Positions 50,032 to 60,400 of a stretch of DNA of 64,000 nt are shown piece by piece; the stretch's first letter is position 1, and each line of letters starts with the position of its first letter. This stretch comes from Phoronis australis (lineage: Eukaryota; Animalia; Phoronida). Under the pieces are notes generated by a model. The model was not told the origin of the DNA and searched no databases. It was given only the letters and a program-made list of their open reading frames with translations. Position numbers and translations under genes: made by a program. The stretch is from NCBI GenBank assembly GCA_002633005.1, contig NMRA01000273.1, positions 377,555 to 441,554 of the forward strand, given 5' to 3'.

Positions 50032-51058
50032 CGAAGGTCCTTCAATAAGTTCTCGGCCTCACCAAGAAAACAAGGACGCAGGTTAATTTTTTCACACCAT
50101 AGTAAAAGTTCGTCTTTTATAACAGTACTGCATTCCTGCTGAATTAATATGGTCAACAGTCGCTAGGCGGCGCTGCTTCAAAAAAGCAGACGACAACACT
50201 TTTAACAGTATGGAGATAACGGAGACGAAAGCCGTTATAAAGTATTTGGGTAAAAAAGGAATGAAACCAAAAGATATTAATGAAGAGATGCAAAAAACAC
50301 TCGGAACAGACTCCCCGAGCTACTCCACAGTAAGAAAGTGGTCAGCTTGTTTCAAGAGGGCGTAGAGAAAGCGCTGAAGACGACCCTCGTCCCAAATCGT
50401 CGACCTCCAGTGAAAATGTGCAGAAAATTAATAGAATGGTTATAAAAGACAGGCAAATGACTGTACAACATTTGGCAAACACTGTTCGCATCAGCAATGG
50501 GTCCGTCTCTAAAATTTTGAGTGAAGATTTGGGCATGAGTAAGCTGAGTGCACGATGGGTGCCAAGAATGTTAACTCAGATCAGAAAATGAACAGAATGC
50601 AAATTCCAAAGGAACTTCTAGGAAGATTCCAAGCAGATCCAGCCAAACTTTCCAGAAGACTTGTAACCCAGGATGAGACATGGGTCCACCACTCTGACCC
50701 GGAATCAAAACAACAAAGTAAACAATGGAAGCACGTGGTTTCCCCAAGCCCGAGAAAGTCCAAGTTAGGTGCCTCTGCGAGCAAAGTTACCTGGCCCCGT
50801 CTGATTTTTATTGGTTTCCACCTTTGAAGGCCTGCCCACGTGGACGCCAGTATGTGAGCGATGATGACGTCATGAGTGCAGTGAAGGAGTATTTTGAGGG
50901 GCTCGACAAGTTTCTTTTACGAAGGCATTGCAAAACAGGAGCACAGATGGAAGAAATACATTGATGTAATGGGAGATTATATTGAAAAATACAAGTAAAA
51001 ATTAGTTGCTATCGCGTTGTTTTCTGGGTGAGGACGAGAACTTGTTGAACGACTCCCG
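50032..51058 (+). mobile_element. Internally deleted mariner transposon (irritans/Hsmar2-like)
   Basis: TA|CGAAGGTCCTTCAATAAGTTCTCGGCCTCACCAAGAAAACAA ... TTGTTTTCTGGGTGAGGACGAGAACTTGTTGAACGACTCCCG|TA; about 40-bp imperfect TIRs, TA TSD, 1027 bp. Confidence 0.93.
50210..50998 (+). pseudogene. Mariner transposase pseudogene
   Basis: MEITETKAVIKYLGKKGMKPKDI...PSYSTVRKW; SARWVPRML; VTQDETWVHH; LAPSDFYWFPPLK; RWKKYIDVMGDYIEK. Contains frameshifts and a deletion that removes the second catalytic Asp region. Confidence 0.93.
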
Positions 51059-51248
51059 TATGGTTAATTAGATTATCTCCATCACAGAACAATTTGAAAG
51101 TTGGTGTACTTTGTTCCAGTGCTGAATACAATAGTGGCAAATGCAACTTAAAATTATAAAACATCAGTGTGTCATTAGAATCATAAAAACGGAAACTCCA
51201 ACAAACTGTTGGATCTCCCAAAAACGGGGGATTTGACTGAGATAATGC

Positions 51249-51295
51249 AATTAGAGGCTGGACAATTAGAGGCTGGACAATTAGAGGCTGGACAA
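51249..51295. repeat. 15-bp tandem repeat, 3 copies
   Basis: CAATTAGAGGCTGGA repeated three times. Confidence 0.9.
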
Positions 51296-53986
51296 GGGAA
51301 ATTACAGAGATGACAGAGGGGGCTGGGGGGGGGTAGAAAGTGGCAAATTTTCGATGACCTAATATATAAACACTGCCTAACACTTTGCAACCGTCCTATT
51401 AAGCTATTATCATCACATTTCTTGAGCACATCTCTGACATTCCTTTGACAAGACTAGCTGGCTTTGGGTAGATTTTGATTCTTTTTTAAAAAGTACAAAG
51501 ATTAATTAGCTTAGGTAAAATTTTCATATTTTTTATTCCCGAGTACAAGTTGCTATATGAAGGCCTTGTCAGGAGTTACGTCACTATCAATTTATATTCC
51601 TTTATGACTAAGCACTGTGAGTTATTTCAAATGCAAGTGCCCAATCACCAACTAGGATTTTTGTACCAAAAAAGGGCCATTCTAATTTCACTAAAAATGT
51701 TCCAAAACACATTTTAATCAACACTGACGTCATATCATTTGATCACAAGTTAAAATAGAAACAAAACTGGCATGCACTTTTCACTTACTAGATTTGTACA
51801 CAAAATCCACACAAATATCAAAATAGTCTCTTATGACATTCAAATAAATTCACATAGCACAAAACATTTTAAAATGAGATTTCCTTCTTTTATCAAATTT
51901 TACGACATCCAAACTTAGCTCAGTAAACTTTTGCTTATGTTAAAACACAAGATTTGCTCGTGGAGGACTGAAATGTTCCACTACAGATTGACAGCAACAG
52001 GTTAGCAGCTAAAATTACATTTCACAGTTTTGCTCAGAAAGGCCAGGTGTTGAAGCCATTTGACTTGAGACAATGGCCATCTCTCACAATAAGGTGCCAC
52101 TTTGTGTTGGATTCAGATTCCTTTGCAATTCCACTGCCTGTACAACATTGCACTGACAACTGTAATTTGGGAAAGCAGAGTGGCGTAGGATCTGACATAA
52201 CTTACTTGTCCAAATTGGCTCAGGAAAGTTTTAGTGGCCAAACCTGCTTGTTCAATTCTGGATGCGTCTATTGTATAGTCAACAGGTTTAATGACTTTCA
52301 GCGCACACAGCACATTATCAACAATTTAAGCAAGACAGTTGAACTCGCTTCCGACATAGACAGGTTGGTGTTGAAATAACTGTGTGTCGAATAATAGCCG
52401 AAACAGACCTACATGCCAGGTAGTCTTGGGAAATGTGCAGAAATGTTATCAAGTAGGTTTTACAAGTCGACAAAATACACAACGAATATGTAATTTCAGC
52501 CATCTAAAAATCAGAGGTTGAGTATAGACCAGTACTCGTGACTAGACAAATGAATGGACACTGCACGTAGTACACCGACAGAGGTATGTCTCCTGACTTT
52601 GGTACAAAACACAGTTTAAGGAGTGGAAGTTGTTCCTAAGCCCCAAACAATTACTGCGCATACACTGGAAAGCAGACACAGCAGACAACAGATGGCGACA
52701 CAAGGGGCAAGGTAATACATGAGACACACTCATATAGATATACAAATACAGGCGATACTTAAATAGTATATAAGTTAAATACCTCCCTGAATAGTTCCAA
52801 CAGTGACTATTAACATTCATAAATAGATACACTTCTACTAATTAATGCAACACTTACCATAATTCATCAGGATTCCATGGTTACCGGTTTGCAACAATCT
52901 AAGTTACAATTATCAACATCCATCATGTGTAAATTAAAAAAAAAATTTATTAAACTGACGTCCAACGCTGCAAATCAGTTTATCAACTTCCCAAGACATA
53001 CCAGCAAAATCTGCTTTTAAGCCAAGGTGTTTAAATCGTTTTCATCAAAGAAGCAACAAACCTAAAACAAGGTTAAAAATAATTTCAAAAAGTCTGAATG
53101 CCGCAAAATTTACTAGCACAAACAAATGCTTTAGTTGTCTGATTCTCACGGGGATATGCTTCAGTCAAACGACTATATTTAAGTACAAAGCTACAGGTTT
53201 GAACTGGACACGAACCTAATCCCTGAAATAACAAGTTACCTGTCCATTGAAAGGAGGTCGGCTAAAATATCAACATACGTCTAACATCTAGAAAGTGCCA
53301 GGTCATTAAATTTTTAACTTAAACATTGTCATTGGCAGCGATATCCAGACCCTATAAAATTCACCGGATCAGACAAAATACTTAAAACCCAGGCATGTGT
53401 GTGTGTAGACAAAGTACAGGCTAAGAACTTACACAACAGTAATGACCAAAACCAAGTATGAAATGGAGGCACAGAGTAAATACTGAACATTTCTAGGTTC
53501 TCCAAGTTTCTGCACGAAATGAGATGCCAAATCTTGACATATGTCACAGGCTCAAGATAGGATACAACTACAAGCTACAACTAGAAGAGCCATATAAAAC
53601 CCCCAATAACTGCATGGACACTGGCACCATACCTGTGTAGGACATAAATACTGACCACTAGTCGACCATACTTTCTCATACACTTTAAAGAGACCTAATC
53701 CCTGAAATAGCTGAAAAATGTAAACAAAACAAGTCTTTTCATTTCGTACACATGATTGGATAAACACAAATACACATTTGAATATATTAGATTGTTGAAA
53801 AATGGGCCACTTGTTCAAATTTCACCTCAGATACATTCTTACATTCTTCAGAAGAGTCTCTTTAAATCCATCTCTGATTATCCTCCGCACACTCAACTAT
53901 GTACAGTCGACACAATACATACACAAATAATAAAATACCCGCATTTTACCGAAATCAATTAGTGGTAGTCGGCTGGCACCCAAACA

Positions 53987-54466
53987 CTAAGTAATACAAC
54001 TATCGCCACCTAGTGGTGTTGCCACTAATGAGGACGACTGTGGTGGCGGGAAGCTACCCTGAGTTGGATCGAGTCTGTGATTCACTCCTGATGAGGAGGT
54101 TCTGTTGGAGGTATCATGTTTACCCGACTGTTCGGGTTTGAACGTGGATAGGCATGGAGGGGGCGCCGGCTCTGTCTCCCGTCCCTGCTGAGGAAGAGGG
54201 TGGTCAGGGGCACGGTGGGTCCCGTCCACTGTATTATGTAGTATACCCGTGTCAGTGGTGGGCTCCCCATGTCCTTCTGGGCCAGAGTTCAGTGTAGATT
54301 GAGGTAGGAGTTGATCATTTGCACTGCTTTCTGTTTCGCTCTCTTCACCGCAAAAGCTACGATCAATGTCGTCCAATGTACTCTCCTGAGTCGTGTCAAA
54401 GGTCATGTCAGCACGGGGCAGGCTCATGTACGTGAAAGTGCGATCGTGCAGAACAGCATCGACACC
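53987..54466 (-). CDS. Gene B terminal coding exon
   Basis: tgttag| acceptor; GVDAVLHDRTFTYMSLPRADMTFDTTQESTLDD...GGDSCIT-stop; 480 nt open and GC-richer than its flanks. Confidence 0.88.
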   Translation of the reverse strand, partial: GVDAVLHDRTFTYMSLPRADMTFDTTQESTLDDIDRSFCGEESETESSANDQLLPQSTLNSGPEGHGEPTTDTGILHNTVDGTHRAPDHPLPQQGRETEPAPPPCLSTFKPEQSGKHDTSNRTSSSGVNHRLDPTQGSFPPPQSSSLVATPLGGDSCIT

Positions 54467-57400
54467 CTAACAACAAAACACACATTACTCTACTAATGTT
54501 CTAGAGGAACACTAAATGTAAAATTGAATATTGGAGTATGTACATGACACAATCACAGCACATAGTTTTCAAGCAGTAATAACCAAAATAGTAAGTTTTA
54601 AGGATGATTAGCTGGACAAGAGTTGTTTTTATGACATCTATACACAACTGTCTTGTCTACAGGTTTGAGTCCATATTGCGCAGGGCAAGTTCCCCCAAAA
54701 CTCAATACCCTACCTCAATAAGATGGGGTAAGTGATTACATGTGTATCAAGATGGGGTAAGTGATTACATGTGTATCAAGATGGGTAAGTGATTACATGT
54801 GTATCAAGATGGGGTAAGTGATTACATGTGCATCAAGATGGGGTAAGTGATTACATGTGCATCAAGATGGGGTAAGTGATTACATGTGCATCAAGATGGG
54901 GTAAGTGATTACAAGTGTATCAAGTTGCCCAAGCGTAAGAACAGTCCACACTACTTCATAAGCTGGTGACAACTCCTTACATGCTCTAGGGTAACTCGAA
55001 GTGTGGACTGCACTCAACAATGGTGAGAATAAACCGGGATTTTCTTGAACGGCTATTATTGACAAAAAAAAATGTCACTTGTCCACCATATTGGCTAAAT
55101 GATAAAAGAATTAGATTTATCCATATGTGTAAGATACGCAAGAGGAAGAAAGATCCTATGACGGATTGTTCAAATTGAAATACAAAACAGCCGGAATCCA
55201 TTTTAAGGTCAACTGAAGGCAAGTGCAGTAAAAGCGCCACTTAAAGCTATTAAATAGACTCAGAATATAACAACAAAATAACCATTATAAAGAATGGTCT
55301 TCGGGAGTTGTGTAGCATAGTACATTTCTGTAGTCAACGTGTGTTAATAGTTATTCGTCTACCTCAGTTTCTGTGTAGTGTTGGCAGCGACGCCATTCTT
55401 TATAAAAGTGACTTCGTATTGACTGCTGAAGACTAACTCAGCTCGTTTTTGGGCAACAATTATAATCACTTAAATGCGCTAAATGGCAAATATTTCTGAT
55501 GAGACAATTCCAATTTAAACAGATGAAAATGCTGACAAGCCCTACACAACAATGATAACCGCACATTTGTAACGACTTGAGTGACACCTCGGAGCACCGC
55601 TTTAATTGAACAAGTCTAACCTTTGAATGTTCATGGCTGATTCCATTTCCACCATTTTTATGATGGCCGTTGGGTAGTTTGCCATTCTTATATCCATTCT
55701 TGTGTGACTCATGCTGCTTTCCATTCACTCGCCCATTGACACCCTTAAAAAGATCAATGAAACCAGGGTGAAAACAATCAAAGGGATTTGAGCACTTATT
55801 TCGCAAATCAAACAAAATTTGACGTAGTAGAGCAACCAAAGCTAATAAGATTCGCTCAAGTCAAACACGTGTAGTTCCACATATTTCTGCCACGTACTTC
55901 AGTTCTGATCCACATTTTAAAAACAACTGCCATGTCATGAATAACTGTGTCACATTAAACAGTTATTGCAAGGGCGTATCAGGACGTATATGGTGTAATG
56001 CAATTTATTGATTTTGAAATACCGATTTATAACTCTGTAATAAGTCCAAATAATTCAATAATGCCCATAAACAAATCGGCCAATATGACCATGACATACA
56101 ATAATTAATTTACTTCAGTGAACCTGGAGGTACTTATAGTCTCCAGAGCACTGTCACCTCAACACTGCTTTACTTGGCACAAAATGAAATACTGAACAAC
56201 AGCGATACAGTACCCAAGAAGAAGCCAATTAGTTCAACAGTAGTTGTAAAGAGTACCTTATGTTCTGACGTCAATTAAAAAAATTAAGAAAATTAGGACA
56301 AAAGAAATATCCAAAATTAACGTTTTTTAACAATTGACTTTAGCCTCCACGATTGGCCAACAAGTTACCCACTGTTATGGTAAGCAATAATCCGATGTGA
56401 ACATGGAAAAACCAAATAGAGTTTATACTTTCAAGCAGAAAAAGTACATGCAAAAAATATTAAAAATGGCTACTAGGTATGGGGGCAAGAATACATCTAA
56501 TCTATCCGAAAATAGAGAAATGTGTTGTGGTGCCCTTCAAAGAAACCTGTTAGCTAAATTTCATGCAATTTTGTAAAGCAAACAGAGGCGGATCCGGAAG
56601 AAACGTAAATAATGACAAGAGCAATGCACAGCGTTGAAATCCGCCCAACACAAAAAGTGTGCTTCTAGGGGTATTTATTTGTATCATAAAAATGGCCACT
56701 ACATGGCGCAAAATACGTCGAATCCATCCGAAAACTGGCCGGTCATCAACACTATTTACCAAATTTCATAAATATTCTGTCAAGGGACTTCTGAGAAATC
56801 GGGGAAAACAGAAAACATGAAATTGCTACTTGGAGGCTATGGTCGCAAAGCAAAACAAAACTGCCACTTGGAGGCGCCACAGTAGATGAAGTCGTTGGAA
56901 ATCATCATCATATATACCAATTTTCACCATCATCAGAGTGGTTTGGTTGACAGACAGGCGGATGCCAAAAACAAACTAGAAAACAGTAAAAATAGCCACA
57001 AGATGGGGCAAAATATGACGAATCCATCCGAAAACACGAACATGTAATCATTACAATAGGAAGCTATTTATTAAATTTCATAAAAATCTAGCAGCTTCAG
57101 GGAAACAGAGGAAAACGGAAAAAATGAAATTGCCACCCAGGGGCGCAGATTTGTCTGAAAGTCATCGTTGCTCATTGTAAACTTCATATAAATACACTAG
57201 CAAAATTTAATAAAGATCCAGCAGAGCATTTAGGAGATACAACCATGAGCGAAAAACAAACAAAACTAGAAGGCGCTGCAGCAGCTGAAGTCGTCGGAAA
57301 ATCATCGTCAGCCACCCTCTTCACAGTAACCACATATACGCCAATTTTCACAATCATACCTAGGGCGATTTTGTTGACAGAAGGGTGGATATCAAAAACA

Positions 57401-60400
57401 CACTAAAACAGTAAAAATGGCCACCAGGTGGCCCAAAGTACCTCGAATCTATCCGAAAACGAAAGGATAGCGTCATCTCACTAAAAGAAATTAAAATTGC
57501 CACTAGGGGGCACACTGGTAGTCGGAGAAGTCCAAAATTCGTCTTCATCCGTCGTCAGCTTCATAGGAACACATCTGCCAAACCTCATCAAGTTCCTACG
57601 AGGGATTTAGGAGATACAGCTGCGGACGCCGGACACCCAGACAGAGATGACGACAATATGCACCCACATACAAAATATGTGGGCGCATAAAAATGGACTA
57701 GGCGGCAAACAATATGTCGAATCTATCGGAATATGGAAACACGTCGTCACATCCTTATCAGAAGCCAATTTGCCACATTTCATGAAAAACAGTTAAAGAT
57801 TAGACATAAGGGTAAATGAAAACCCTTTAACTGCCACTAGGAGACACCAGTAGCCAGATCAGACCGAGTCTCTCCCCTGTCTGTTGTTAGCGTCATAGCA
57901 ACACATCTGCCAAATCTCATTAAGATCCTGCAAGGTGTTCAGAAGATGCAGCAGCAGACGCTAGACACCTGACAAGGGTGAGTACAAGATGCACCCACAT
58001 ACATATATGTGTGCTCCTAATAAACTGATCTCATCTTGTTCTTTACTCGGATTAAAAATGATTTCTGGGCTTAAAAAGAACTGGCAATCTGTTATTTGCT
58101 TCAGACCACGCCCATTTGCTTCAGACCCCGCCCATTTGCTTCAGACCCCGCCCATTAGGTTACTTGTCACGGCGAGTTAGTTTATCACTAACGTGGCATG
58201 ACCAACAAGAAATTCCTGGCGATATACTGTAGACACTTTCGATTAAAGAAAAAATAATGAAAATGCGATGACATTATTTTAAAGTTGATGTTTTTGACAC
58301 CAAAACATGGTTGATGGCGGCCTACATATAATGCACGCACCACTCTTGCACTTAAATATCTAGCAAGCTTGCTTCATGTCGCTTCAATACATGTAATAAA
58401 CGTGGCAGAAACAAAGTGGAAACTGTCATGTACCTTTGCATCATGATACAACTCCTTCCTTTGGTAGCCCCTGCCAACTACAGATCCAAAGTCACTCATC
58501 TCGGTTCCAGGGTGGGAAAGGCGGCGACCAATGTGGGCCAGCTCGCTGTTGCCATGGAAACCGTTGCCATTGTGAATGATGTACTGATCGTGAGGTGGCG
58601 GTGTGCACATGTTCATTCTAAACAGACAAACCATGATTGGAGCTCAACCTCACATCGTGTGGATAGTTTTTGCAAGTATAACGGAATAGCTCATTCAGCT
58701 GATTGTTTTCTATTCAGCTTTTAACATATTGTTGGTAGTGTTATTAAACTTTGATGGATTACTTTTGCATTACTTGAGAGTTACTTGCTCCTTGTATAAA
58801 AGAAAAGCCAACAAACTAATCAACTGCCTTGTGAATAAAAAGAAACTGAGAAAATAATGTGACCCTCTAACCTGCAAAAACAATTTTTTGCTGAGTTCAC
58901 CTCATACTAAACCTGAGGTGACACATTGTTACTTTGAGTGAGCATACCTCTTGAGACACACCATAACCAGTACACATATGATGATACAGCTAATACCAAT
59001 TGACACACCAATAATGATACCCATAGTCTGGTCAGACAGTTTACTACCTGCAAATACATTAAGCAAGGCAAAGTTAGCACTGGAAATATACGGTGTGGCT
59101 ACAACATAGGACCTACCCACCCACTATACAGCCCTTGCAGCAAAGCTGCATGAATACAAATGTACAGCTTAGGAACCACGTGGCTAAATACAGGCGAAAT
59201 AAAATCTGACACAACATAAATAATAAAAACAGTGCTCTTTTCTAAACAAATTTGGTTGCCAGCGGGAAAACAGTGCCGTTGGTACATTAATTATCAGTCA
59301 ATCAAATTGATGGACTGATCATATGTGCCTTGTATGTTACCGTAGGTGACGTTACTATCTCTTGAAAGATGTCACTTTACCAAATCAAAAATTAACCAAT
59401 AGCACACGCACTTTCACGGAATGTTGAAATTGCCGTCCAACTTTTCTTCCTTACAAAAGCGGGAGAATTATGTGAGTAAAGTTCATTAGATTAGTATGTT
59501 TCTAATAAACAGCCATGACAGACAAGATAGGTTCCATTTTAATGTGCGAGTTACCAAAACATAGTCAGGCAAGATACACTTAGATGTAAGTGGCAAGAGG
59601 ATTACAAACAAAATTGAGGCCAACTGGAAAAGCAAGCGTCACTTAAGTTGCCAACTTTTTATCGACATTGATTCCAAGCTGTTTCTTGACATTCAGTCCA
59701 CGAGCTAGCTGGTTAAGAAGCCAAGTGACTTGTTACTTTTTGAAATGTAGTCAAGATTTGACAAAACTTTACTGTCATACCAAAAATGCTTCTTACATCA
59801 CCTAGTTTTCTATCCACCGAAGTTGTAAAACTTGAAGATTTCAAGAGAGAAATTGATGTCTGCGGTGTTCTTGTGCGCTTTACTCTAAGATAACAAATTT
59901 TGAAAAAAAAATCCAAGCATTACAGGAGCTTTTATCAGAGTACCTCAGTCAAGTTATGTGACTTGAACTTGATGGGTTTATTTTCTACCTTTATACAAAG
60001 ATTAAATTCTAACATTTTTATAATTTAAAATCATAAGTGGATAAAGGGGTAAGATATTTGTTTGGTTTATAATACAAAAATGGTATTTTTATGGATGACG
60101 AATCTCTGCCGCAGTGCGTTTTATCATAAACCCAGTCCCGCTTCACTATTCACCATCACAAGCTTGCAATGCACGGACCCTCCCCCATCACTATGCCAAG
60201 CCCCACAGACAAGTCATGCCCCCTAAAACTAGGGTAATCAACCGCCCAGCCCAGCCCCAATCTACTGCACCAAACGGCCCAATCCCATCTATCTATGGCA
60301 TACCACAGCTTAACCCCCAAAAAATTAATTTAAAGCGCTGCAGCGCATGCTACCCCTATCTCCAGCAGTCCTCAACTCGCAACAATCTACAACCACCCAT

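Noticed and set aside
54003-54017. CTCF-like motif within the last coding exon of gene B
   Set aside because: A single match explained by the codons for TPLGGD; no independent support.
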